A stretch of 64,000 bases of DNA. Origin: Trichosphaerium sp. ATCC 40318 (lineage: Eukaryota > Protista > Tubulinea). This document shows positions 28,501 through 40,866 of this stretch, one piece after another. The stretch's first letter is position 1, and every line of letters begins with the position of its first letter. The DNA is taken from assembly GCA_038496445.1 (NCBI GenBank), contig JALMLS010000373.1:76179-140178 (forward strand). The letters are read 5' to 3'. The notes under the pieces were generated by a model that saw only the letters and a list, made by a program, of their open reading frames with translations, did no database searches and was not told the DNA's origin. A program made the translations under genes and the position numbers.

Positions 28501-28654
28501 TGTACTGTTTTCGTGCTGAGCTGCTCATACTACCCTCAGGTATCTCTGGGTCACTGTAAGTGCGCAAAGAGATGCGAATAGCTTTTATCTTCTTGGCACT
28601 TCTATTGTTTTGGCCTGAGCGCCCTAGCACTGCGAGGCGCTTACTGATTAACAT
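25504..28654 (-). CDS. Mitochondrial ribosomal protein S18 (bS18m) with long acidic extensions
   Basis: Basic presequence MLISKRLAVLGRS; S18 core NVALLARFMNKTGRILPRQITG|LSRSNQKRVATKIRHARHLGLFSY; D/E-rich last exon of more than 300 aa. Confidence 0.8.
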
Positions 28655-28788
28655 TTCGCTTGTAAAGCGCTGTTGCTAGGGTTTGTAGGTGTCGCGTCCA
28701 AAAAGAATTTGAGGGAAAATATTGCACGAAATAAGTCAACTCATGTCAAAATTTCGTTAAAACAAGCGAGCTTACAGAGTGGTTTGAC

Positions 28789-30071
28789 ATGACACAGGAG
28801 CCCTCTAACGAAGAAATTCGCAAGGCCAGTTGGGAGGGCACAGTTCCTATTACTTTTTATCTTACACCTGGTGAATGCGCAACAGCGGTTAAACCACGAC
28901 CAATTTTCGTACGTTCGCATAACGCTTGCCGTTTAGTTGATAAATTATTAATTGAGACGGTTGAAGCTACTGTAGACTGATCATTTGTTCTTAAACGCTT
29001 ACTTTAACGTTGTAGTTAAACGTACCACGTAACTGTTATTTACCACAAGTCACACAAGTGCTTGAAGACACTTTTTTACCTTACACACCGAAAATTGGCG
29101 ATAAGCAAATGTGGTTCGAAGCAACGCACCAATCTAACAAAGTGCCTCTTAAATGGTATTTTTATTATCCCTACAAATCCCTTATTTAACGTTATACATG
29201 CAGGCACTTCCCTGTTGGCGTATTATACGACCTATACGCAAACGCGCAGTTACCTTGGGAGCTCAAAGTACATTTTCAGGTAAGAATTCGCATATTTGTG
29301 CGACCATTTGTTTGTTGTTACTGTCTACGTTTGAAATAATGCCCCACAACGCTTGTTTTTCTTTTCTATTTTTTTGGTTTTTTTTGACATCTCAGTAGGG
29401 TTTTCCAGCGGATAAATTACTACGTTATGAAGGAGAGAAGGCGTTAGAAGCATTTTTTAGACAAGCAATGAAACAAGCAAATTATTTGAAATATCGTGAC
29501 GTTAAGCGTATAATGAGCCTTGACATGACTGAATCTAATGCCTTATGGGAAAGTTTCCATAAGAGTACGTTAAAATGAGAATTCTTCAGTTTTGGGCTTT
29601 TTTTATTTCAATCTCGTTATAAGTGTTTTATCTTATAATCTATAGATCAATACAGAGAGTTTTGGCGAATAAACGAGCGATTTATGGACTCTGGGCTTAA
29701 TATGAGAAATGTTCCTGTTCGCGTAGTGCGTCAAAACCAACCGATTTTACAAAACCCTGCATCACCTCTAAGCGAAGATGGTACGTCTAGTGTCTTGTAA
29801 ACTGTTGTAATATTTGTTTTTATTATATTCTCTTGTTTCGAAACCAAAACTCGTCTAAACACTTCTAGGTACTGATCGTACTCTTGGTGAGGTTCTAAAC
29901 ATACTTCTACCAACACAATTTACGATATCAGACGGAAGTGTTACTTGCTCTTGTAAAGTGATTATACAAGGTATAGAAGCTGATTTATCAACGCCAATAT
30001 CATGGCTAGTGAATACATTATGCCATCCGGATAATTTTCTTTATGTTGTTGTTTTAGAACAGGAGAATTAA
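28789..30071 (+). CDS. ATG5: Autophagy protein 5
   Basis: WEGTVPI, PRNCYLP, PLKW|HFPVGVLYDL, LPWELKVHF, MKQANYLK, TPISWLVNTLCHPDNFLYVVV. Confidence 0.95.
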
Positions 30072-30539
30072 ACAAACAAGATTGACTTCAATCAATTAAA
30101 AAAAAACTTGGAAAAAAAAAAGGAATAAAAAAAAAACATGTACATTTTACAACTTAGTTACACGTGTAGTTTGATCACTAATTTTGACTAAAATTTGTTA
30201 CACATGCTTTGATAGGATGGGGTTGAGGCTCTCAGAGATTGAAAGTACACTCTATTATTAATACCACATGGTGTAAACAACGTGTGTAGTTTTCTTGGAG
30301 AGGAACTTACACATTTTGTTGATGTAGCACAGCCCATGTTTGTAGAAGGTCTGTTGCATCTTATAAACCAGTATGCCAAAGGGTATTACACTCTCGATGG
30401 AACCCTACACGACATATCACGGAATAAATGGAAGTTTGCGGTTTAAACCCTTGTTAAGAATAATAACGATTAGGGTTTGGCTGCTTTTCTACGCACTGCT
30501 TTGTTGTTTTTCAATATGAATGAAGGTTCACACAATTTG

Positions 30540-31834
30540 TCACATGTGTACAATCGCATCACAATAAGTTAGATCAGAAACACTGTAGTTTGGAGTCTGG
30601 TGGCTGACAATTAGCCAACGCCATCCAATTTTGCCATGGTCATAACCAAAGCTGTTAAGCTGATAACTGGTTTTAAGAGCTCTATGTACAACTGCATTTA
30701 TTTTAAAGCAAATAACACTTCATGTTTTTTTATACCATTAACCCAACTACTTTTTGACTTAAGTTGGCCGTTCTCGTACCATTCTTTTTGTCACCATGTT
30801 TTTGAGAATCAAGCCACATACGTTGATACCTAAGTTGTCCATTCTCATACCATGCTTTGTCCTCACCATTTAGTTTATCATCAATTAGATTGGACAACGT
30901 TGTCAATATAAGGGAGACGCGCTTGGGAGGAAAGACGCTCAGTCTTTGGTGGCTCTAGCGTAGCCACACGAGCGGATTTATTCTACATTTAAGAACACTC
31001 GTGTGAATTGCAAATGTGTTTGAAGGAAAAATAAAGAAAAAATTTTTACAAGAAAAAGAAAAGGATTTTAGGGAGGGTGAGGGGATGTTTTGATTGCTAC
31101 TCGCCATTGTTGTTGTTGTTGCCTATTGTGTCCTTCGATATTGACAGTCTTGTTCAGTCCAACCAAACGCTTGAAATGTTCCACATCTTCATTCACAAGC
31201 ATAGCTTGATAGCCAAGTTGGCCATTTTCGTACCATTCTGTTGTCCTCACCATGTTGTTTATCATCAACCCAATTGATCAAATGCAGTAGTTGAATACAT
31301 TGAAATTTAAGTTCTCCACTCTCATACCATTCTTTGGTTCACCATGTTCTTTACCACTAACCCACATGGCTTGGTACTTTAGTTGTCCATTTTCATACCA
31401 GTCTTTATCCTCACCATGTCGTTTACCTGCAACCCACAATGTTTGGTTTTCAATGTATCCATCTTTCGACCAGTTTGTACTTGTACCATTTTTATCACAA
31501 CCCACATAACTTCTCCATTTTCATAATAGGTTTTTGTTTCACCATGTCGTTTACCATCAATTAACATGTGTAGAAGCTTAAGTTGCCCATTGTTGAACCA
31601 TTCTTTACATTCACCATTTTGTTTATCATCAACCCATTTGTCAATGCACTTTAGCTGTCCATCCTCATACCATTCCTTAGATATACCATTAATCTTACCA
31701 TCAACATGTGGATATTGTGACTTGTCCGTTTTCATAAAATGAAGTGCAAAGTCCATTTGCATTTGCGTGCAGGTGTACTTTCCCACTTTTATACCATTGT
31801 ATCCATTTACCTTTTTGTTGTAGTTGTTCATCAT
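30540..31834 (-). pseudogene. Degraded MORN-variant (YwqK-like) repeat gene
   Basis: Repeats of (K/E)EWYENGQLK / GKRHGE spread over several frames, with frameshifts and an internal non-repeat insertion. Confidence 0.7.
30890..31162. mobile_element. Putative MITE-like insertion
   Basis: About 270 bp interrupting a MORN repeat; imperfect terminal inverted repeats TTGGAC..TGTCAATAT / ATATTGACA..GTCCAA. Confidence 0.4.
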
Positions 31835-31923
31835 ACTGTGAAGCTCTTACAAGTAACTGTGCCACTTAAACAACTTTCAGCGAATTGCTAGTTTCAGTTT
31901 AGCAACCTAGAAACATTACCAGC

Positions 31924-32873
31924 ATGGCTAACAACCATAAGGCAAACAAACCAGTAATAGTGGGTATCGCTGGACCTAGTAGAGCAGGAAAATCTTCGAT
32001 TTGTAAAAAACTTGCCGGAAAATACCCACGTTCTATTCATTTATGCCAAGATAAGTTCTTTTCGGTGAGAAGAACAACATTTCGTTAAGTTTAAACTAAA
32101 ATCGTTTAGTTTAAGTCTATGAAGCGGGACAAAGTCACAAACGAACTAAATTGGGTAAGTATAAGCGATTTTGAGCGATGCGGGCGGTTAAACTGTAAAT
32201 CAAAGCGCTTGACTTGTGTTTCTCTAAAACGAGCTTAAGGAGGTACCAGAGTCGTTAGATTTTGATGCAATGGCAAGAACGATTAGACGGTTTACAAAAC
32301 GCAAGGAATTCGACTATATTTTTGTTGAGGGCTTTTTACTCTTTGCAGGAGATAAGAAAGTAACAAAGTTATTCGACATTAAGATTTATATATCTATTTC
32401 AAGAGAGGCACGTGATTTTCTGTTGAGAATTTTTTTGGTCTTGTCAAATGTGCCAAGACGTCAGTTTGTATCATGCACTGTTGTCTCATTTTTTATACTA
32501 ATCCAATGGGTCGTTGTGTACACCTTGAAGGATACTGAATAGATATACGTTCAATAGAGCTCTTTTAGTCTTAGTGTTTTTTTTAATTCCGGTTTTTTCT
32601 TAGGTTTGTCGGAAACGAAGGACTGAGACCAAGCCTGTACCTGAGGGATATTTTGAAAAAGTATTATGGCCTTTTTATGTAAAGTATAATAGACCTATAC
32701 TTGATAAGCCTATCCTTATTCTTGACGGTGAAGATAATCAAGCCAAAATACAAAACCAAGTTTTACAAATAATACAAAACCAACACATAGATAAGGAGAG
32801 AATTGCTAGAAGTAAGAGTATCCTAGCATCAAGGCTCAAAATTGGCCCAACAGACATGGATAGAGAGGTGTAG
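31924..32873 (+). CDS. Nicotinamide riboside kinase (NRK-like)
   Basis: IVGIAGPSRAGKS, QDKFF, WEVPESLDF, VEGFLLF, CRKRR..PEGYFEKVLWPFY. Confidence 0.88.
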
Positions 32874-32968
32874 GCCTCTTTTTGTATAAAAACAAGTATA
32901 TCTATTAACATCCACTTTTGTTTTGCAATGAACTGTAAATTTTATTCTTGTTATTAGAAAGATTGTAG

Positions 32969-34937
32969 CTAGAGGAATTGTAGTTTGTTGTGTAACCAAA
33001 TTGCCTTTGATATTTTAATCAACTTGTCTGGTGATATATCGTCTTTCGAGAAATTGTGAAAAAACTGAGAGCAATGACCTTGAAATGACATGAAATCTAA
33101 ACAAAAAACCATTTAGCACAAAAACGGAAAGATCCAAACACTATTTGTCATCTTTTTCTTAGTTGATTTTACGATTCATTGGTGATATGGGTACCTTTTT
33201 TTGTATCAAATAAAGCCAAAAATACTGCGTAACCAAACTCCATTCCTTAACAACAAAGTTAACAAGTTTCTATTAAAGTTGTTGAAACCAAAAAGTGTCA
33301 AACTGGTATTACCTTCCAAACAAATGACATCCCATATCCTGTATGTAAATGATACATGGGTAAACGTTCTATAAATAAATAAAACAAAGACTCCATAACA
33401 ATACTGATACACTTCAGGAGCAGTACGCTAAGCATAATTGAAGTGAGAAGCAAACACCAAAACAAATATAACATACTTGGATTTTCTTGGCCAAAGATGG
33501 GTAATAATATTGTACTGCCTTTTCACATTTAACCTGTGATTCATCAGTGAGTATTTCTAAATGTAATAAGTATAAATAATTGTCTTAGATATAATGTATG
33601 CGTGTACTTTTGTCTTTACTTGATCCAAAGTATCTACTATATTTATCTGAACTCATGATTGCTGCGTATGTCCAAAACGCGTGCTTAGGTTAGATAGTAT
33701 GTTAGATACTGTTTCAAGTTTAAATACAATGTAATAGGGTACCTCTTCATCCATTGTTAATAGCAGAAACATTGGTATAAACGTCTGTACTACAAAAAAC
33801 AATTACATCACACCTTGTTACATTTCCGTGTACTTTGCCTGAGGGTAGTATCTTTGAATGATGTGAATGCTTTCATTATGTTCATTGTTTGATGTTGTAT
33901 CCTTGAGTGGAGTTTTAGTTGTTGTCACTTTCACAATTGGTACATTTTCCCTTCACTCGTATCCAATGTATGTCTGGTAGGGCCAAAAAAACTAAATTCC
34001 CTCTTTACACATTTTGTATAATCAAAGATCTTTCGTTGTCTGTTATCAACATCATTTAAGTACTCCTATGTTCAAGTAAGCAATTGCAGTAAAGTGTAGT
34101 GTTTACCTTGTATGTTTTTGTTGAAGACGCTTTCAGTGATTGTCCTCCAAATAGAATAAAGTATGCCTTTCCTCTCATATTTTTAGGGATCCCTTCAAAA
34201 CACATGGTTTGTAACTATAAAAAAATAAATCACGTGTTTGTTGCAAACGTCAAAACAAAATCCGTTTTGGATTGATGGATCACATACACTCGCCATTTTA
34301 CGTTTCCTCTCCTTTACAGGCATACGTTGTATATCATCGTATTCATTGAGTATTATTTCAAGTTTCTTGGAGATGTTGTAGTCTCGGTTTTGACAAGAAG
34401 GAGTGTTTATACTTGATGAGTTGTTAACAGCAATTTTACAATGCAATAAAGAGTAAGAAGAACTTACAATGAAATAAAATATTTCATTTTGGCTTTAGGA
34501 AACCATTGAGAGTATTCTGATGTATTTGTGTCCAGCTCAGGTGGTCTGTACCATAACGTGGATGCGTATTTCCCTTTTGTTGCCTAAAGTCAACATGTCA
34601 ATAATAATGACACTGTCAAAGGGTTATGACAAAAAACTACTTTGTCAATGATTCATTTTTTGAATCGATGAGGCTTTTAAAGTGTGGCGAAGGTGTTAAA
34701 ACCGCGTGAGAATAATGTATGTGTGGCTTAGCCTTGTCAGGGCGGGTTTTTTGTTGGATAACGTACAAGTGTTTTTTCAAATAAAACGTTCCATAAGAAA
34801 TCCGCCTCAGAAGCATTGCGTAGTGTTTTACATGCGCAACATGTCGCTAAATTATCATTGGAGTCTAAATACTCAAGTACACAGAGAATGAGCTCCACAG
34901 GGATATCCAGAAGGTGTAAATGACTTGTTGATGTCAT
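32969..34937 (-). CDS. F-box + Rab-GAP/TBC-like protein, copy A
   Basis: LLDIPVELILCVLEYL (F-box); GIPKNMRGKAY, MNIMKAF, MDEE|HAFW, YRIWDVICLEG (TBC). Confidence 0.8.
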
Positions 34938-35259
34938 TTAGACGTTTTTTGTTTGTGATAGCTGGCAGAAGCTGCTTCGGTTTTCGCCTGATAGTACTTT
35001 TGTTTCACGGAAACGTGGTGACCCTTGTGAGAAGTTGACCGTCACTTTTCGTAACATTGTCAGAATTTGCCATGTGAAGGCGAGTACCTATCAATACTCA
35101 GAACTCATACAAATATTGGGGTATAAGCTTGACTTGCGCCTCCGAAAATGTACGAAATGCAATGAGAAACTTCCACAATTCTTATCATGCTTATGGAGAC
35201 TGGGTCTACAACAACAAAGTAACAACATGTTTAACAGCTTTTAATCTTCGCTACAGCCT

Positions 35260-36440
35260 TTACAGTAACAACATTGAAATCATAGCCAATGCAATTGTAA
35301 GGAGCAATCCTACGTTAACTCTAAATCCTGGAGAAGCAGCTCTATCGGCTGTAATATCACTACATCCTGATTCACCAGCGTCCCAGAATTTCGAAGCTGT
35401 TTCATCTCTACGACTTTGACCCTCTGGTGTGAGAGTAACTTTAATCTTGAATCCAGTTCCTCTAAAATCGTCACTGGAAACAGTGACCTAAGGAGGAAAT
35501 CAGACCTTGGGAAAAAACTGACTAAAACTCCAATAACGTTACCGTTTCACTTCCTGATCCAGCGTTTACTAAGACTTCTGTATGCGATATATAGTCAAAC
35601 GATGTAGTGAATAGAGAAACACCTAGAACGATAGAGTTAATGGGCTTCAGCCAAAAGGAAAAGTACGAAAAGAACGAGAATATAGAGTGTCAACTTACGC
35701 ATGTCTTGCGTCAGCGTGCTAGTGTAGTCAACTTTTACAGAGACGGAAGAGCCTGATACTGTATTTATAGCATCGTTAATGCATACTTGGTTGACCAGAG
35801 CTGATCCTTGCGGAGGTGCTATTGTAGGTGGACTTGCTGTTGGAGCTGGAGGTGGTGGAGGTGGGGATGTTCCTGTACCCGAATCCGTGCAAGATGTTGA
35901 TATCTCAAAGTCTCCAAAGTAAAGGTACATCGTTTGAGTAGGCCCCCACGATCTTGATCCTAATAAATTAATGAGCAAGTGTACAAAATTATTGTTCTTT
36001 TGAAAAGAAATCACACGTGCCTCCATAGAACGTGTTGAAGAATATCCCTTTGTGAACAATATCATCAGTTCTTCTCCATTGTAAGTCTTCTTGATCCATC
36101 TTAAGAGCTCCATCAACCCAAACACGTGCACGTCCATTTGAACTTGAACCAGTATTCAAAGTAATCTCTTGTTGGTATAAATGGTACTGATTATCAGCAG
36201 GAAACTGCCATCTTCCACGACCAAGAGATTTGCCAAAATCAGGGTTACAAATATTTTTTGGGTCATCGCATACTCTACAAACACATGTCACAAAGAGAGG
36301 TTGCGAGTAGCGAGCAAGAGTGAGTTTCGGGTGCGCGTTAACTGTCTTTTTTGAACAAAAATTGAAAACATCATTACGCACGTGCTAGATGGTTGTGGCA
36401 TGTATCCGTATATCTCTCCGTCGCCATCTGTTCTCCACAT
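35260..36440 (-). pseudogene. 5'-truncated mirror copy of the PL14 lyase gene (possibly translated from MWRTDGDG)
   Basis: Near-identical to 37138-38332; lacks the signal peptide and the GGKLPGL exon portion. Confidence 0.8.
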
Positions 36441-36499
36441 TTAAACTCAGTGTGATTACGAAAAACTGTGCTAAATTCCATAATTTCAAAACGATACGA

Positions 36500-38332
36500 A
36501 TGTCAACACGTTGTTGCTCGCAGTACTTGTACTGTGTTGCATCCATGGCGCGTTATGTACCACACTGTGGACAGGAACATTCGCCAATGATTGGATGGAT
36601 AATTGGGGTGTTAAACATGGTGGTATTGAACCAAAGAGTGGTACTCCAGGTGGAGGTGAAGTAGTTGAAGGAGATAAGCTTAGAGTTAAATACGCACCTG
36701 TACGTATTCAATCAATATTTACCAACTTTTGTTTCTCCGTTTCGGTTTTGATGTTTTTTTCCTCTTTTGCTTAGTATCTCGCTAGGGTGAAGCGGGCCAA
36801 AGCGGTGTATGGATGTTAGCTGTCCCTATAGATGACTTGTCTTCCTACAGAACATTATGTCTCAGGTACACATCGCGTAGAAAAAGTTTCCCCGCTCCAT
36901 TTGATTTCATTAACTTGCGTCACGTTTTTTAACGACTTTTTTTCACCGTTAGTTTTATTTTGTTCTTACTTTTAATTGACATTCTTCTATTATAGCTACA
37001 AACTCAAGGTACCAACTGGTTACGAGTTTTGTAGGGGCGGTAAATTGCCCGGATTGTATGGAACAACAGGAGATACAAGTTTGAACTCGTTGTGCTCCGG
37101 TGGTGATCAACCAGGCCCTTGCTACTCAGCTAGGTACATGTGGAGAACAGATGGCGACGGAGAGATATACGGATACATGCCACAACCATCTAGCACGTGC
37201 GTAATGAATTTTAATTTAGTTTCAAAAAAGACTAATATTGCGCACCCGAAACTCACACTTGCTCGCTACTTGCAACCTCTCTTTCTGACATGTGTTTGTA
37301 GAGTCTGTGATGACCAAAAAAATATCTGTAACCCTGATTTTGGTAAATCTCTTGGTCGTGGAAGATGGCAGTTTCCTGCTGATAATCAGTACCATTTATA
37401 CCAACAAGAGATTACTTTGAATACTGGTTCAAGTTCAAATGGACGTGCACGTGTTTGGGTTGATGGAGCTCTTAAGATGGATCAAGAAGACTTACAATGG
37501 AGAAGAACTGATGATATTGTTCACAAAGGGATATTCTTCAACACGTTCTATGGAGGCACGTGTCCAATTTCTTTTCAAAAGAACAATCATATTGTATACT
37601 TGCTACATTACATTACTTAATCATTAAATAGGATCAAGGTCGTGGGGACCTACTCAAACGATGTACCTTTACTTTGGAGACTTTGAGATATCAACATCTT
37701 GCACGGATTCGGGTACAGGAACATCGCCACCTCCACCTCCACCAGCTCCAACAGCAAGTCCACCTACAATAGCACCTCCGCAAGGATCAGCTCTGGTCAA
37801 CCAAGTATGCATTAACGATGCTATAAATACAGTATCAGGCTCTTCCGTCTCTGTAAAAGTTGACTACACTAGCACGCTGACGCAAGACATGCGTAAGTTG
37901 ACACTCTATATACTCGTTCTTTTCGTACTTTTCCTTTTGGCTGAAGCCCCATTAACTCTATCGTTCTAGGTGTTTCTCTATTCACTACATCGTTTGACTA
38001 TATATCGCATACAGAAGTCTTAGTAAACGCTGGATCAGGAAGTGAAACGGTAACGTTTTTGGAGTTTTAGTCAGTTTTTTCCCAAGGTCTGATTTCCTCC
38101 TTAGGTCACTGTTTCCAGTGACGATTTTAGAGGAACTGGATTCAAGATTAAAGTTACTCTCACACCGGAGGGTCAAAGTCGTAGAGATGAAACAGCTTCG
38201 AAATTCTGGGACGCTGGTGAATCAGGATGTAGTGATATTACAGCGGATAGAGCTGCTTCTCCAGGATTTAGAGTTAACGTAGGATTGCTCCTCACAATTG
38301 CATTGGCTATGATTTCAATGTTGCTACTGTAA
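36500..38332 (+). CDS. Polysaccharide lyase family 14 (alginate/glucuronan lyase-like), secreted, with Pro linker, beta-rich domain and hydrophobic (GPI-like) C-terminus
   Basis: GGKLPGLYG, CSGG, SARYMWR, SLGRG, ITLNT, VWVDG, FNTFYGG|SRSWGP, YFGDF; C-terminus VGLLLTIALAMISMLLL. Confidence 0.88.
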
Positions 38333-38686
38333 AGGCTGCAGTGAAGATTAAAAGCTGTTAAACTTCTTGTTACTTTGTTGTTGTAGACTCAGTCTCCATA
38401 AGCATGATAAGAATTGTGGAAGTTTTCCTGATAAATTCTCAAGCTATTTTCAACATCATTGCATTTCGTACATTATTTTCGGAGACGCAAGTCAAGCTTA
38501 TACCCCAATTTTTGTATGAGTTCTGAGTATTGATAGGTACTCGCCTTCACATGGCAAATTCTGACAATATTACGAAAAGTGACGGTCAACTTCTCACAAG
38601 GTCACCACGTTTCCATGAAACAAAAGTACTATCAAGATAAAACCGAAGCAACTTCTGACAATCTGTTACAAAAAGCAAACACCTAA

Positions 38687-40674
38687 ATGACATCAACAAG
38701 TCATTTACACCTTCTGGATATCCCTGTGGAGCTCATTCTCTGTGTACTTGAGTATTTAGACTCCAACGATAATTTAGCGACATGTTGCGCATGTAAAACA
38801 CTGCGCAATGCTTCTGAGGCGGATTTCTTATGGAACGTTTTATTTGAAAAAACACTTGTACGTTATCCAACAAAAAACCCGCCCTGACAAGGCTAAGCCA
38901 CACATACATTATTCTCACGCGGTTTTAACACCTTCGCCACACTTTAAAAGCCTCATCGATTCCATCAAAAAATGAATCATTGACAAAGTAGTTTTTTGTC
39001 ATAACCCTTTGACAGTGTCATTATTATTGACATGTTGACTTTAGGCAACAAAAGGGAAGTACGCATCCACATTATGGTACAGGCCACCTGAGCTGGATAC
39101 AAATACATCAGAATACTCTCAATGGTTTCCTAAAGCAAAAATGAAGTATTTTATTTCATTGTACGTTCTTTTTTGATTGCATTGTCAAATTGCTGTTAAC
39201 AACTCATCAAGTATAAACACTCCTTCTTGTCAAAACCGAGACTACAACATCTCCAAGAAACTTGAAATAATACTCAATGAATACGATGATATACAACGTA
39301 TGCCTGTAAAGGAGAGGAAACGTAAAATGGCGAGTGTATGTGATCCATCAATCCAAAACGGATTTTGTTTTGATGTTTGCAACAAACACGTGATTTATTT
39401 TTTTATAGTTACAAACCATGTGTTTTGAAGGGATCCCTAAAAATATGAGAGGAAAGGCATACTTTATTCTATTTGGAGGACAATCACTGAAAGCGTCTTC
39501 AACAAAAACATACAAGGTAAACACTACACTTTACTGCAATTGCTTAGTTGAACATAGGAGTACTTAAATGATGTTCATAACGACCACCAAAAGATCATCA
39601 ATTTTATAAAATGTGTAAAGAGTGAATTTAGTTTTTTTGGCCCTACCAGACATACATTGGATACAAGTGAAGGAAAAATGTACCTATTGTGAAAGTGACA
39701 ACAACTAAAACTCACTAAAGGATACAACATCAAACACTGAATATAATGAAAGCATATACATGCTACAGAGATACTACCCTTTGGACAAGTGCGCAATTAG
39801 CCGAACTTAATAAGGATTGACATAAGTTGCAATGTCTAGTGCAGACGTATATACCAATGTTCCTGCTATTAACAATGGATGAAGAGGTACCCTTGACACT
39901 CCTATTCATGAAGTTGAATATCTAATGCTACTTGTTTTCCTAGCATGCGTTTTGGACATATGCTGCAATCATGAGTTCAGATAAATATAGCAGATACTTT
40001 GGATCAAGTGAAGAAAGAAGTTTGTGCCCCATATTGTATAGAAGACGCTTATTAAATACTTATTACATTTAGAAATACTCACTGATGAATCAAATCACAA
40101 ATGTGAAAAGGCAGTACAATATTATTATCCGTCTTTGGCCAAGAAAATCCAAGTATGTTTTATTTGTTTTGTTGTTTGCTTCTCACTACAAAAATACTTA
40201 GCGTACTGCCCCTGATGTGTATCAGTATTGTTATGGAATCCTTGTGTTATTTATTTATAGAACATTCACTCATGTATCATTTACATACAGGATATGGGAT
40301 GTCATTTGTTTGGAAGGTAATACCAGTTTGACACTTTTTGGTTTCAACAACTTTAATAGAAAACTTGTTAACTTTTGTTGTTAAGGAATGGAGTTTGGTT
40401 ATGCAGTATTTTTGGCTTTATTTGATACAAAAAAAGGTATCCACAATACCGATAAATGGTAAAAATCAACTAAGAAAAAGACGACAGTCGATTAAGGAAT
40501 TGTGTTTGGTTCTTTCCTCCTTTGTACTAAACGCTTTGCTATTTAGATTTCATGTCATTTCAAGGTCATTGCTCTCAGTTTTTTCACAATTTCTCAAAAG
40601 ACGATATAACACCAGACAAGTTGATTAAAATATCAAAGGCTATTTGGTTACACAACAAACTACAATTCCTCTAA
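38687..40674 (+). CDS. F-box + Rab-GAP/TBC-like protein, copy B
   Basis: Same exon structure as copy A; LNIMKAY; ends AIWLHNKLQFL*. Confidence 0.8.
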
Positions 40675-40866
40675 AAACGCTTTACTCTAATAAATTCAAA
40701 TGAAAGGTCTGGAAAAGTCGATAATGATTGATTGTAAATCTACTCTGTATTTCAAAATATAACCTGATTGATTGTAAGTCTGCTCTGTTTTACTTCAAAA
40801 TATTGATGAAGGGGAATGTGAGTTTCAAGCAAATAGAAGGCTACAGCAAGAGGAAGCAATACATTT

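Larger units (their letters stand above)
32969..40674. repeat. Large inverted duplication: arms ~32969-36440 and 37138-40674, ~700-bp unique spacer
   Basis: Mirror-image ORFs (MTSTSHLHLL..., ...SSSINTPSCQNRDY..., MYLYFGDFEIS...) and direct reverse-complement matches at both arm ends. Confidence 0.95.

Noticed and set aside
35820-35880. Pro-rich GGA/GGT low-complexity run (and mirror at ~37725-37780)
   Set aside because: It encodes the linker of the PL14 protein and is not an independent repeat
32969-40674. Palindrome as a fold-back sequencing artefact
   Set aside because: Arms differ by many substitutions and indels while reading frames are preserved; not fully excluded without spanning reads
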